A stretch of DNA of 64,000 nt from Salinispira sp. Its GTDB lineage: Bacteria; Spirochaetota; Spirochaetia; DSM-27196; Salinispiraceae. Both the position numbers and the translations under genes were made by a program. This document shows, one piece after another, positions 50,564 through 61,277 of this stretch. The notes beneath the pieces were generated by a model, which saw only the letters and a list, made by a program, of their open reading frames with translations, had not been told where the DNA came from and ran no database searches. The stretch is from positions 96,001-160,000 of the forward strand of contig CBDDDG010000022.1 of NCBI GenBank assembly GCA_965226555.1, read 5' to 3'. The stretch's first letter is position 1. The number at the start of each line of letters is the position of its first letter.

Positions 50564-51793
50564 TCAGCGGATTTCAACTTCACTGTCATAATTATCGCCA
50601 TATAATTCCCGGGATATTCGATCTTTGACAATATCCGATAAATCAACAAATTGTATTCCAAAATATATACGATTCACATAGTTGAATTTTCTCACTATTC
50701 TTCCTTTGATGGGGATCGGGTTGTTATCAATTTCCAGTATGAGATCCAATTCCGAATACAACTGAGGCGGAGGCGTGGGTACATTCTGAGGATAGCTGAA
50801 TGCCAGACCGGAGGCACTGATGTCAATAAGTTCACAATTCGTAATTTTTTCCCGTACCAGCTTCTTCTTGAAATATCCCTTTGTCTGCATGGAGTAGGCA
50901 AGGAGGCGGCAGAACTGATAACTCAGCTCTACCTGTTTTTTGCTGAAGCCCTCTGTTTCCCTGCGCATGAGATACACATAACCAACAACATATTCATAGT
51001 ACAGAATGGGAACATAGAGTTCATGCCTGTACATGCGCCTGCCCATGGTAGTAATGTGATTTTGAAAATCTTTGTTGAGTTTTGCATAGTCTTCCCCGAT
51101 CTCTATGGCCACCCACTTGGTATCGTGGGCTTTCAGAAAGGGAATTTTTTGTTCCATTTCAGTGAACTGTTTCAGATCGGAGAGGGGAAGCGCTATTACC
51201 TTCCCTGATATGGCTATAAGTTGTTCGATGATGTTTGCAAATTTCCGGTTCCTGAATATGTTAATACGCGCAGTTGAGGAAAAAGATGCAAAGTGAGCGC
51301 GGAAATTTTTTATGAGGTCGCCCATTTTCAGGTCGGACATCTTCCGATCGGCAAAATTGTGTTCTCTTGTAAGCAGTTCGGGATCAAAATACGATGCGGA
51401 TGTCGGAAAATCAATGTTCATCTTCAGTCCTTCAATAATAATACTCAGAGATATTCTATCATCAGCCTCAATCCGCTCATGGACTCGCGTAAGATCTTTG
51501 TACATGATGACGGGCGATGAAAATATATGGATTTTGTCTTCAGACGAAACATAGGATGATTTAAATGTTATCGGAATTTTCTGAAAATGAAAAAATACAT
51601 TGACCGCATGGTTTTTTGAAACATTTCCCATATCCGAATTATCGTGAAGGGTGACAAAAAGATTGTCGGAATTGAAGCTGCTCAGCACTCCGGTGAAATG
51701 CTGGGTGAGGAGGCGTATGTCAATTGAAATTTTATTATCAACCAAGTATTTGAGGACAAATTCCTTTTCAATGCGCTGAATCGTCTGTGCCAT
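50564..51793 (-). CDS. PilZ-domain c-di-GMP receptor (spirochaete PlzA-like)
   Basis: RIEKEFVL N-terminus; RxxxR (RVHER) and DxSxxG (DISASG); ends YFGIQFVDL. Confidence 0.75.
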   Translation of the reverse strand: MAQTIQRIEKEFVLKYLVDNKISIDIRLLTQHFTGVLSSFNSDNLFVTLHDNSDMGNVSKNHAVNVFFHFQKIPITFKSSYVSSEDKIHIFSSPVIMYKDLTRVHERIEADDRISLSIIIEGLKMNIDFPTSASYFDPELLTREHNFADRKMSDLKMGDLIKNFRAHFASFSSTARINIFRNRKFANIIEQLIAISGKVIALPLSDLKQFTEMEQKIPFLKAHDTKWVAIEIGEDYAKLNKDFQNHITTMGRRMYRHELYVPILYYEYVVGYVYLMRRETEGFSKKQVELSYQFCRLLAYSMQTKGYFKKKLVREKITNCELIDISASGLAFSYPQNVPTPPPQLYSELDLILEIDNNPIPIKGRIVRKFNYVNRIYFGIQFVDLSDIVKDRISRELYGDNYDSEVEIR

Positions 51794-51816
51794 GTATCAA
51801 CATGTACATTATAGCA

Positions 51817-51859
51817 GAAATTTTTGCATAAGGCAAAACTTTATCAATGCAAAAATTTC
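51817..51859. repeat. Short-type palindromic repeat between divergent genes
   Basis: GAAATTTTTGCATAAGGCAAAACTTTATCAATGCAAAAATTTC. Confidence 0.75.
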
Positions 51860-51874
51860 TGATACTATAGCGAC

Positions 51875-53431
51875 ATGCAGGACAATTCCCTATTCAGAAA
51901 CATTTCTCCTCTTGATCATCGCTATTATGAAGCGAACAGAGAACTGTTTGATCATTTACGGTCATATATCAGCGAAGAAGCCGCGCTCCATTATCATGCG
52001 AGGGTGGAGGGTGCCCTGCTCAAAACCCATCTGCACTTCAGAAAGAACTTTGGAGAGAACCGTGGAAAGGGCTTCGGAGAGGACTTCGGACAGGGCTTCG
52101 GAAATGAAAGGCGCCTTATTCATAAAATTGATGAGGCAGTGCAGGCGCTGAGCCCCGCGGAGGTGTATAGGGCGGAGGAGCGGACGCAGCATCATGTTCA
52201 GGCTCTGGTGCATGTGTTCAGGAACAAGGTTCCGGCTGAAATCCGGCAGCTTGTGCATGTGGGGGCAACCAGCATGGATATTGTGGACACCGCGGGAGCC
52301 TTGCGAATGAAGGAGGTAACATATCATGTTCTCCTCCCTCAGCTTCTTGCGTTAGAGGAAGAACTTATTACATTGAGCGGGGAGCATGCCGAAACTCCCC
52401 AAATTGGGCGCACGCATGGGCAGTATGCAGTTCCCATTACCCTCGGCTATGCCTTTGCCGAATATGTTTCACGATTGGGCGCATCTATTCTTGAAATTGC
52501 GCGGCGGGCCGATGATCTGCGCGGTAAAATGTCGGGAGCTGTCGGTTCATATAATGCCATGCGCATACTCTACAAGAATCCTGTTGAGGTTGAAAAATAT
52601 TGCCTTTCCCTCCTTTCCTTGAAACCTTCCGATTATTCCACACAAATTGTGGAACCGGAATATCAGCTCCGCCTTCTTCTGGAATTAAACACGGCATTCG
52701 GTATTATCGCGAATCTGGCCGATGATCTGCGCCATCTGCAGCGGAGTGAAATTCATGAGGCAGCCGAACACTTTGCTTCATCGCAGGTGGGCTCATCCAC
52801 CATGCCCCATAAGCGGAACCCTTGGAACTGCGAACATGTAAAAAGTATGTGGAAGGTTTTTGCGCCCCGTGTTGTTACCATGTACATGGATCAAATTTCC
52901 GAGCATCAGAGAGATATGACAAATTCCGCATCTGCCCGCTTCATTCCCGAGTACATATGCGGTTTCTCAGAGGCGGTAGAGAGAATGAAGAACATTCTCA
53001 AAACACTTGCGGTAGATACCGAAGGTCTGCAAAAAAATTTGCGGAATGCGGGGTCGCTCATTCTTGCCGAACCCGCCTACATTCTTCTGGCGCGTCAACA
53101 TGAACCGCATGCGCATGAAAGAATCCGAAAAATAACACTTGCGGCGGAAAAAGAAGGTATTCCCTTTCATGCAGCGCTCATGAGGGAGAAGGATGTCTGG
53201 AAAAAGCTTGTCCATGGTCTGGAGACATCCGGACTGGACGCCGATTTCTTCCAGAAACCATCGCAGTATCGGGGGCTAAGCGCCGACCGCGCACGGGAAC
53301 TGTGCCGTACATGGCGGAGCACGCTTGAAAAGCTCAGAGAACGTTCCGGCATTACCGCTCGGAGCGGGGGCGCTCGGAGCAGGACCGAATCGCCGGTAGT
53401 GGTCGACAGCCGATCCGCATGCGGCAGTTGA
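51875..53431 (+). CDS. purB: Adenylosuccinate lyase
   Basis: SPLDHRY, HVGATSMDI, GRTHGQ, GSSTMPHKRNP, EHQRDMTNSA. The C-terminal ~30 aa look like read-through. Confidence 0.93.
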   Translation: MQDNSLFRNISPLDHRYYEANRELFDHLRSYISEEAALHYHARVEGALLKTHLHFRKNFGENRGKGFGEDFGQGFGNERRLIHKIDEAVQALSPAEVYRAEERTQHHVQALVHVFRNKVPAEIRQLVHVGATSMDIVDTAGALRMKEVTYHVLLPQLLALEEELITLSGEHAETPQIGRTHGQYAVPITLGYAFAEYVSRLGASILEIARRADDLRGKMSGAVGSYNAMRILYKNPVEVEKYCLSLLSLKPSDYSTQIVEPEYQLRLLLELNTAFGIIANLADDLRHLQRSEIHEAAEHFASSQVGSSTMPHKRNPWNCEHVKSMWKVFAPRVVTMYMDQISEHQRDMTNSASARFIPEYICGFSEAVERMKNILKTLAVDTEGLQKNLRNAGSLILAEPAYILLARQHEPHAHERIRKITLAAEKEGIPFHAALMREKDVWKKLVHGLETSGLDADFFQKPSQYRGLSADRARELCRTWRSTLEKLRERSGITARSGGARSRTESPVVVDSRSACGS

Positions 53432-53436
53432 CGCAG

Positions 53437-53658
53437 CCGGCAGGCGTTGAAGGGCGTGTACCCTTTCGGGGCGAACTCCACCCCTACCTTCACCAGCTCG
53501 TAACCGGATTACGCAAGGGAATGGGATATACCGGCTGCGCCACAATAAAAAAATTGCAAAATTACAAAAAATACATTATAATTAGCCATGCGGGGCTGCG
53601 TGAAAGTCATGTCCACGATGTTACTATCATTCAGGAACCGCCAAATTATTCTCGCTGA
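53437..53658 (+). pseudogene. guaB: 3'-terminal remnant of IMP dehydrogenase
   Basis: PAGVEGRVPFRG...LVTGLRKGMGYTGCATI...AGLRESHVHDVTIIQEPPNY matches the GuaB C-terminus; the catalytic core is absent. Confidence 0.88.
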
Positions 53659-53674
53659 AAACAAGGAAGGTATT

Positions 53675-54898
53675 ATGAACATTGTTATTATTGGGGCGCA
53701 GTGGGGCGATGAGGGAAAGGGAAAAATGGTCGATTTTCTCTCTGTTCATGCAGACATTGTTATCCGATTCAGCGGAGGGGCGAATGCCGGTCATACCATT
53801 GTTAATAACAATATAACCTATAAATTCCACCTTCTTCCCTCGGGCATACTGTATGAGAACACAACTGCCGTTCTCGGAAGCGGAATGGTCATTGATCTTG
53901 AAGCCCTCTTTGCGGAACTGGATGAAATTCAAAAACAGGGCATAGAATGGAAGGGGCGGGTTTTCATATCCAATAGAGCCCACATTGTATTACCCGGGTA
54001 TAAAAAGAAAGATATTGAGCTGGAGAAGGAACGCAAAAACCCCATTGGTACGACTGGAAGGGGTATTGGAGTTGCCTACAGTATGAAGGCAGGCAGGGAT
54101 GGCCTGCGGGTTGTGGATGTTCTTGATCCCGATCGTTTGCAGGCGCTTGCCGATGATGACAGGCGATATCTTGCGCAATTTACCGATCTTCTGAAAGAGA
54201 TGACCTTCGACATCAGTACCTTCATCCACAAAAATACCTCCAGCCAAATACTGCTTGAAGGCGCTCAGGGAGCACTTCTCGATATCGATCTTGGAACCTA
54301 CCCCTTTGTAAGTTCCGGCTGTTCTGCTGCGGCAGGGGCGAGCCTTGGCGCGGGCATTGGTCCGAAGCAGCTCGATAAGATATATGGTGTTTTCAAAGCC
54401 TACTCAACGCGGGTTGGTAATGGTCCCTTTCCAACCGAATTCAGAGAAGAATTCGATGGTAATACGGAAGATCTGGTGCGCAGTCTTGGTCATGAATATG
54501 GAGCGACCACAGGGCGTCCACGGCGCTGCGGACACCTTGATCTTGTCGCTCTCCGCTACGCTGTTCTGGTAAATGGTTTCGATGCGCTCATACTTACGCA
54601 CATTGATGTCTATGATCAGTTTGATGAGATATATGCCTGCGTTGCCTACGACATTGACGGACGGCGCACGAAGGAATTTCCCGCGAGTATCAGCGATCTG
54701 GAAAGAGCGCGGCCGGTTCTCCAGTCCTTCCGGGGGTGGAAAACAGACATTACTGCCATTCGGGAGTATCAGGATTTTCCTGCTGCCGTACAAAATTACA
54801 TTACCTATATCGAAAACTTCTGCGAAAATCCGGTTGAAATTGTCAGTGTTGGGGCTGACCGCGCGCAGACCATCATCCGAAAGCCGATATGGACATAA
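53675..54898 (+). CDS. purA: Adenylosuccinate synthetase
   Basis: GAQWGDEGKGK, GGANAGHT, IGTTGRGIG, EGAQG, GATTGRPRRCG. Confidence 0.96.
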   Translation: MNIVIIGAQWGDEGKGKMVDFLSVHADIVIRFSGGANAGHTIVNNNITYKFHLLPSGILYENTTAVLGSGMVIDLEALFAELDEIQKQGIEWKGRVFISNRAHIVLPGYKKKDIELEKERKNPIGTTGRGIGVAYSMKAGRDGLRVVDVLDPDRLQALADDDRRYLAQFTDLLKEMTFDISTFIHKNTSSQILLEGAQGALLDIDLGTYPFVSSGCSAAAGASLGAGIGPKQLDKIYGVFKAYSTRVGNGPFPTEFREEFDGNTEDLVRSLGHEYGATTGRPRRCGHLDLVALRYAVLVNGFDALILTHIDVYDQFDEIYACVAYDIDGRRTKEFPASISDLERARPVLQSFRGWKTDITAIREYQDFPAAVQNYITYIENFCENPVEIVSVGADRAQTIIRKPIWT

Positions 54899-55017
54899 TA
54901 CTCATAATGGATTTCGGCGGGCAGACTGCTTAGCTCATTTCCCGCCGCATCCGCGAAATTGGCCTGTACACGGAAATCGTACCCGGAAATTGTCCATTCA
55001 CCAACAGTCCTCCCTGA
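54889..55017 (+). pseudogene. guaA: 5'-terminal remnant of GMP synthase with a premature stop
   Basis: Manual translation [32 protein letters not shown] matches the GuaA N-terminus (DFGxQ..QLI.RR.RE). TAG at 54931; the rest of the gene is missing. Confidence 0.85.
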
Positions 55018-55139
55018 TCGGTGATGGGATCGGGAATACTATTCGGGGCATTGGAAAAAATGCCCGGGTGATCAAAAAGTCAGCGAACAGTTCGATAAAT
55101 ACCAGAGAGCCCTCATAAACAGCAGGACATTTCAGGCAC

Positions 55140-55465
55140 AGACCAACCTTCTTGTTCTGGTGCTATGGTACCATGGCGAAGCACTATGGGAAGGAAATCT
55201 CAGTTTTCACAGTTCCCAAGATATACATACACACATACCGGAAAAATTGTACACAATGATGGAAAAAGTTCAGATGAGTGATTGGTTTGTCAATCAGGGC
55301 ATGGAGAAAGGCATTCTGAAAGGCCGGGTTGAAGGGCATATTGAGGAGCGGAGAAAAAACGCTCGCAGTATGTTTTCCAAAGGATTTTCAGCCCATGACA
55401 TTCAGGATGTTACCGGGCTGAGTGATGATGAAATGCGGACAGTGCGGAACGGATTCGTGAATTAA
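55140..55465 (+). pseudogene. Rpn family (recombination-promoting nuclease/putative transposase) C-terminal remnant
   Basis: LVLWYHG...W motif, then QGMEKGILKGRVEG...ARSMFSKG...IQDVTGLS tail; no nuclease N-terminus. Confidence 0.7.
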
Positions 55466-55574
55466 ACGGATCTGTGGCATCCACAAGGCAATGGTTGAAT
55501 TCGCCCTTGACTTCAAGGTTTATTGCAGACTAATATGACCACATCGAAATACAGAGCAGAAAGGAGTATACGCT

Positions 55575-57347
55575 ATGATGAAAAATCGCTACCTTACCTT
55601 GTTGGAAAATCTGCGTCACAAACTGACTGAGGTCGGAATGGAGCAGGAAGTAGTTGAACAGACACAAAAAATAGCCTCAGACATAGAATGTTTTGAGGTG
55701 ATTATTCCGGTTGTCGGCGCATTCAGCGCTGGCAAGACTTCACTTATTAATAGCTTTTTACAGCGAGATAAGAAAGCTGAACTGCCAGTCGACACTCTCG
55801 CCCAAACAGCCATTGCTACCGAAATTCGTTCGGCAGCCCCCGGACAGAATGAGTACATTGATCTGTGCGATAATGACAGTTGTGAGCATTCGAAAAAAAT
55901 TGATTTGGAAGAATATAAGAACATATCTACCGGAACTCTGAAAACTGAAAAGCCTAAATGGCTCTTTGCGCGGGCATTTCTGCAAAGCGAAAGATTGTCA
56001 TTATCAGACAACAAAATACTTGTTGATATGCCGGGGCTTGATTCAGGACTCAGAACACATAACAACGCAATACTACGCTACCTTCCCCGAGGTAGTTTTT
56101 TCATACTGGTAATTGATGCGGAAAATGCCTCACTGCGGAGAAGTGAACTAATTATGTTGCAGGAACATAACATTCAGGGCTTCGATTTTGCCGTCCTGAT
56201 AAACAAAATAGAGAAAAAAGAACAAGATCGGGATGAAATTATCAGCCACATTACTGAACAGATAAAAACTCAACTGAATATAGAGGCTCCTGTCTATGCG
56301 GTGTCTACAAGAAAAGGTGAGACGGGTATTCACGGTATGTTGGAAACATACCAGAACATTGACTGCGACCGCGCCCTGCAGAATTTTTATTATTCAGTCC
56401 TCATTCAGCACTTTGACAGTATTCTGCAACTATTACATGCCCGATACAGCGGCCTGAATCTTGATTCCGCTGAGAGCGATGAAATTATTGAAGAACTGCA
56501 GAAGCAGAAAGAACAAGCCATACATGCCCTGCAGGAACAGACCAGAGACATTGAACGGAAATATTCCAATACTGCCGTCGATAAACTGCTGCGGGCACTG
56601 CGTGAAAGAATTTCTGAAGCAGCCCCCATGCTCGCGGAGTCCTATTCGGGAGATGGTGAAAGCCTGAAACGTGAACTAAATGAAATTGTGCGATTTGAAC
56701 TTACTCATTTACTAACAGCTGCCCGAGAGGAAACCTCGCGTGAAATTATGGAATCTATAAGCGAGCAGATGCAGAAACTTGATGCTGCCTTTGAACGTTT
56801 GGTCACTCCCGAAAATACCACTGTTTCAAACATTTCAGCCACACTGGAAAACATAGTGCCCGCAATGAGAAAAGTGCATACTGGTTTTTCGGACGTTGCA
56901 CAGAAAATTACTAACCGCGATGTTCAAGCATCGTACCTTGCAATAAGTGGAACACTGGCCGCGGCCACTGCCGTTATCGCGCCATGGCTGGAGGTAATTA
57001 TTATTATGCTCCCTACTATAATTGGCATTCTGAGCAAGGGAGCGCGCGAGGAGCAGGAACGCAAGCAGAAACAGAAAATTGAAACCGAAATAAAAGGAAG
57101 CGTCGCGTCCCGCATTACTTCTGAACTCCGCTCTGAAGTTAGCAAAACCTATCGTGAGGAATGCGCTTCAATGATTCATGCGGTGCAACAGCAGCTAAGC
57201 GGCAACATTGAGGCAATTGAAAAGGAACTGAAGCAGGCCCGTGAACAGCGTAATGTGAAAGAGGCTGAATTGGAGGCGCAAAGAGAACAATTGAGCGGGG
57301 CCATTGAAAGCATCAGCTCCTTGAAACAGTCAATTCAGGCGCAGTAA
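55575..57347 (+). CDS. Dynamin-like GTPase 1
   Basis: G1 GAFSAGKT, G2 QTA, G3 DMPG, G4 NKIE; hydrophobic paddle AISGTLAAATAVIAPWLEVIIIMLPTIIGIL; coiled-coil tail; AAGGAG RBS. Confidence 0.88.
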   Translation: MMKNRYLTLLENLRHKLTEVGMEQEVVEQTQKIASDIECFEVIIPVVGAFSAGKTSLINSFLQRDKKAELPVDTLAQTAIATEIRSAAPGQNEYIDLCDNDSCEHSKKIDLEEYKNISTGTLKTEKPKWLFARAFLQSERLSLSDNKILVDMPGLDSGLRTHNNAILRYLPRGSFFILVIDAENASLRRSELIMLQEHNIQGFDFAVLINKIEKKEQDRDEIISHITEQIKTQLNIEAPVYAVSTRKGETGIHGMLETYQNIDCDRALQNFYYSVLIQHFDSILQLLHARYSGLNLDSAESDEIIEELQKQKEQAIHALQEQTRDIERKYSNTAVDKLLRALRERISEAAPMLAESYSGDGESLKRELNEIVRFELTHLLTAAREETSREIMESISEQMQKLDAAFERLVTPENTTVSNISATLENIVPAMRKVHTGFSDVAQKITNRDVQASYLAISGTLAAATAVIAPWLEVIIIMLPTIIGILSKGAREEQERKQKQKIETEIKGSVASRITSELRSEVSKTYREECASMIHAVQQQLSGNIEAIEKELKQAREQRNVKEAELEAQREQLSGAIESISSLKQSIQAQ

Positions 57348-57394
57348 AACATCGACGGCATATAAACCAATACAATAAACGGAGGAAAACCCCC

Positions 57395-59590
57395 ATGGAA
57401 AATAATACACCTAATACCGATACTGTTCGGGAACTTTACCAGACGCTGTCTAAAATCGCAGAAAGCAACAAAGAGTTTTTCAATGATGGCAGTACCATAC
57501 GGAATATTCAAAAAGACTCTCAGAGCTTCACCGAAGACAGCAGAGAACTGGAAAATAACAACCGCCTGCTCCGCATAGGCATTATAGGACAAATAAAGGC
57601 GGGTAAATCCACACTGTTAAATCACCTGCTGTTCAATGGGCAGGATGTACTGCCAAAGGCAGCCACACCCATGACTGCAGCCTTAACCCACATCGTCAAG
57701 GGCGCTAGGAATGTCATTGAAACCACCTATTTCGACAAAAAATCGTGGGCGGATATTGAACGACTTGTAAAACAGACACAACAAAAACAACCCACTGAAC
57801 CTTCCGCCCCCAGCGTTAACGAAGTAGACAAAACAGTGTCCGGGGCGCGTGAAATATACAATCATGTGAAAAAGAATGGTATTAATGTTCAGGAATATCT
57901 TGGTAAAACGGAAACACAGGATTTTTCCAATACTAATGATCTGGCAAAAAAACTGCTGGATCTCGTGAGTACGAAGGGTACTCTCTCTCCTTTGGTACAG
58001 CAGGTGAAACTGGAAATATGCGAAGGAGCTATGCCGGATTTCGACATTGTTGATACACCAGGCTTTAATGATCCTGTTGTATCTCGCGATATCGCAGCCC
58101 AAAGGCTCCTCGGTAAATGCGATGTTGCCATTCTCATGAGCTATACTGGCCAATTTTTGGCTCAGACAGACAAAGACTTTCTCTTAAGGCGTATTCGGGA
58201 AAAGGGCATAAAACATGTTCTTGTGGTTGGCAGTAAGTTCGACAGTGTCATGATGGATGAAATCGACTCAGATGAAGGCCCGCATAATTTTGACGAAACA
58301 TATAATGCAACAGCCACTAAATTACGTGGAGTGACCAAAAATTTGAAAACGGCAGAAGCCGGACTGAACCTCACAGATGACGATGTTCAGTTTATCTCCA
58401 CCATGGCCTCCGACATTGCGAACAATACGCAGCATTTGAATGAGGAACAGGAGCACATATTACGCTATTTGAATGAGGTGTTTCCCGATTACTTCGATGG
58501 TATGCCCCCCCTGAGCGAAACAAGCAGAAGCAACCTCCTAAAATTAGGCAACATGGAGGGTATTAATGCGCGACTCCAGAGCTACAGGGAAAAGAAGGAT
58601 AAAATTATTCGCGGACGGCTCGGAGAACGAATACAAGGCGAACTATCGCTGCTGTATGACCTTCAAAAAAGTATGATAGAAGATGTTGAAGATTACTGGA
58701 AAGATTTGGATAATTTTGATCCTAACAGCGCGGAAAATAAGAAGCAAGAAATGGAAAGCATTCTCATTGATGTTAAAGATACTGTGGAAATTGAAGTGGG
58801 AGAGATGACAATAGGTTTTTACAAAGATAACATCAACAAAGTTCGTAAATTTATTACCACAGAATGTTCAGACGTAGAATATGCCGTTACAAACTCCGAA
58901 ATAACGAAATACAAAACCGTAGAAAAAAGGCAATTTTTGGGTGGACTAATACGATTATTAAGGTTCTCTAGCGGATGGGAAACACAAGAATATTCGGTCT
59001 TCGACAGTAACAATGCCATAATGGAAATAGAAAAATTTTTGGATGAAGTACAAAGACTCTGGAAAACAAATGTCTTAATACCTTACAAACAAAATACTAA
59101 TAAACACTGTAAAGACTTAAGAGATACGGTTGTTATTATTATTAATAATAAGATCTCTAATGAAGCTATGAGCCCCATTAATGAAAGCGAGTTGAAAAGA
59201 ACCCTGAAGAAAACCATGAGATCTGTAGTTTCTGATGTTGGTGAAATTCTGTCAGATACGAATGCTCTCATAGATAGTAATGATAGTGCCATGAGTCAAA
59301 TTATTGGTGATGATAGTGACAGGAGTAAAACTGAATTTTTAAAATCACTGCGGGGTGTAGTGAGAGAAATGGAAAATACATTGCTCGATACCATTGAAAA
59401 GCTTATTGAAGCCACAAATAATGCCTGCGCTGGTGTTACGGAAAAAATTCAAGCTGCCTTTAACACACATCTTGATGATCTCACAAAGCAAATTGAACAA
59501 AAGAAATTTATGCACCAGCGTTGTATTGCAGCCGTTAAAGAACTTAAAAATGTGAAGGTACCGGAAATAAGCCATGAATACGAACATTGA
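57395..59590 (+). CDS. Dynamin-like GTPase 2
   Basis: G1 GQIKAGKS, LPKAATPMTA, DTPGFND, SKFD; paddle FLGGLIRLLRF. Confidence 0.88.
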   Translation: MENNTPNTDTVRELYQTLSKIAESNKEFFNDGSTIRNIQKDSQSFTEDSRELENNNRLLRIGIIGQIKAGKSTLLNHLLFNGQDVLPKAATPMTAALTHIVKGARNVIETTYFDKKSWADIERLVKQTQQKQPTEPSAPSVNEVDKTVSGAREIYNHVKKNGINVQEYLGKTETQDFSNTNDLAKKLLDLVSTKGTLSPLVQQVKLEICEGAMPDFDIVDTPGFNDPVVSRDIAAQRLLGKCDVAILMSYTGQFLAQTDKDFLLRRIREKGIKHVLVVGSKFDSVMMDEIDSDEGPHNFDETYNATATKLRGVTKNLKTAEAGLNLTDDDVQFISTMASDIANNTQHLNEEQEHILRYLNEVFPDYFDGMPPLSETSRSNLLKLGNMEGINARLQSYREKKDKIIRGRLGERIQGELSLLYDLQKSMIEDVEDYWKDLDNFDPNSAENKKQEMESILIDVKDTVEIEVGEMTIGFYKDNINKVRKFITTECSDVEYAVTNSEITKYKTVEKRQFLGGLIRLLRFSSGWETQEYSVFDSNNAIMEIEKFLDEVQRLWKTNVLIPYKQNTNKHCKDLRDTVVIIINNKISNEAMSPINESELKRTLKKTMRSVVSDVGEILSDTNALIDSNDSAMSQIIGDDSDRSKTEFLKSLRGVVREMENTLLDTIEKLIEATNNACAGVTEKIQAAFNTHLDDLTKQIEQKKFMHQRCIAAVKELKNVKVPEISHEYEH

Positions 59591-61277
59591 TAATCTGCAT
59601 AGGATTCTCGCAGATGGACATAAATTGTTACAACAAACAAATGCCACTATTGCCTCGGGGCTACACGCCCTGCAGGAAGATACCCGCCAAACGGCGGTAC
59701 AGAGTGAAACGAGTTCTGCGCAGCTGGATCACTGGTGCTTACGCGTACAGTCATGGCTCAATGTTGAAACAATAGAAAGCCGGCTGAAACGCCGCACCCT
59801 GCATCGTCTGCGGAGGAAAGATATTCTTCGCTTGTTCAGTTTGCTCAAAATGTGCGCGCAGAAAATGACCGAACACATCCTCAACAATTACACATTACAC
59901 AAAACTTTTCAGACTCACATTCAACAACATGTGGACGCAGTTGGGAATGTTGCCAATAACCGCGACATTCACGTATTATCCCGCTCAATCAATGACACAA
60001 TGCAATTACTCAAAGAACAAAGTGAGGCTATAGAGAAACAGCGTAAGATTATTGATCTAAAAAGTGATGTTATTGAATTTATTGCCAATATTGCCCCAGC
60101 AGAATCCGTACAAAGCGTTGCCGACAAACCCTTCAAAGATTACTGCGCGCTACTTGAAGACGACTACCTGAAGGAATTTGCGCCAAATGCCAATTTACCC
60201 GATGAAGCTGCGCAATATGAAAAACTCCTAACACTACGCGAGGAAATGAAACGCATTATGCTCGCTCCTGCTGTCTATCGGCGGGTTATTGGCGCGGTAA
60301 CCGGAGCATTCAGTAGCGGTAAATCGACCCTTCTCAACTATTTGATTGGCCCTAAATTAAAACTTCTTCCCACAGATACTCTGCGCACAACTGCTATTCC
60401 AACCTATATTACCCACGTGAAAAGCGAGAATGTCGAAACATATATTGTCAGTAAAGTAACCGACGGCAGAAAATTGAATACCGAACACGATAGGAACAAA
60501 GAGTGGCTGCCATTCATTACTCATCAATTTACAGAAAACTATAAAATTGCCTTAAATACGCTGCTTGAGTGTGTTGTTCTCTCCACACCCAGCCTTGAAG
60601 CATACAAGAAACTGGCATTCCTCGACACGCCGGGCTATAACAGTGGAGATACTGATAATAAGATTGCAGATCGCTCTACTGCTGGCATGCAGTTTCTCAT
60701 TTTATGCTGTAATTGTCATAAAGGTGGTCTGACTGACCTTGACGTCAGTTTTTTGAACAAACACATGGAGCAACCGGAACCGCCAGAATTGTACCTTGTT
60801 TTGACGAGGGCACGGAGGCACAGTCCCAGCAAACGAAAGGAAATTATGGATGCCGTGCAAAGAGCGGTAGATAAATGGAAATGGAATCCTGCGGGTATTG
60901 GTCTGTTTGACAAGGCAGGATGGTACGAGCATAAGGGAAAATCACTGCCGGAATTTCTTGAAGAAATGAATAGACACAGCCCCAACGACACAATGCAACG
61001 TGACTCCGATGCAATATGGGACACGTATATTGAACATCATAAAAAAGAACAAAAAAAGCAGGAAACGCTACTTGGCTTCGTAAAGAAATGCAGCCTGCTA
61101 ATGGATGATGCAGATGAGGACACATTTAAAACGGAAGTCAGAGATATGAAAAAAACCATTGAAACTGCCATTACGCTACATGCAGACTGCAAAATCAAGG
61201 CTGAAAAATTAAAGTCTAAAACTCAAGATATATTCCACGAATTCTTCAGCGCAGTAGAAAACAGCCATCACTCATGA
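59574..61277 (+). CDS. Dynamin-like GTPase 3 with N-terminal helical extension
   Basis: G1 GAFSSGKS, LPTDTLRTTAIPT, DTPGYN, variant G4 LTRA; overlaps the previous gene by 17 nt. Confidence 0.85.
   Translation: MNTNIDNLHRILADGHKLLQQTNATIASGLHALQEDTRQTAVQSETSSAQLDHWCLRVQSWLNVETIESRLKRRTLHRLRRKDILRLFSLLKMCAQKMTEHILNNYTLHKTFQTHIQQHVDAVGNVANNRDIHVLSRSINDTMQLLKEQSEAIEKQRKIIDLKSDVIEFIANIAPAESVQSVADKPFKDYCALLEDDYLKEFAPNANLPDEAAQYEKLLTLREEMKRIMLAPAVYRRVIGAVTGAFSSGKSTLLNYLIGPKLKLLPTDTLRTTAIPTYITHVKSENVETYIVSKVTDGRKLNTEHDRNKEWLPFITHQFTENYKIALNTLLECVVLSTPSLEAYKKLAFLDTPGYNSGDTDNKIADRSTAGMQFLILCCNCHKGGLTDLDVSFLNKHMEQPEPPELYLVLTRARRHSPSKRKEIMDAVQRAVDKWKWNPAGIGLFDKAGWYEHKGKSLPEFLEEMNRHSPNDTMQRDSDAIWDTYIEHHKKEQKKQETLLGFVKKCSLLMDDADEDTFKTEVRDMKKTIETAITLHADCKIKAEKLKSKTQDIFHEFFSAVENSHHS

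Noticed and set aside
53419..53658. Independent 79-aa small protein
   Set aside because: The sequence is the GuaB C-terminus; the ATG lies in junction sequence without a clear RBS.
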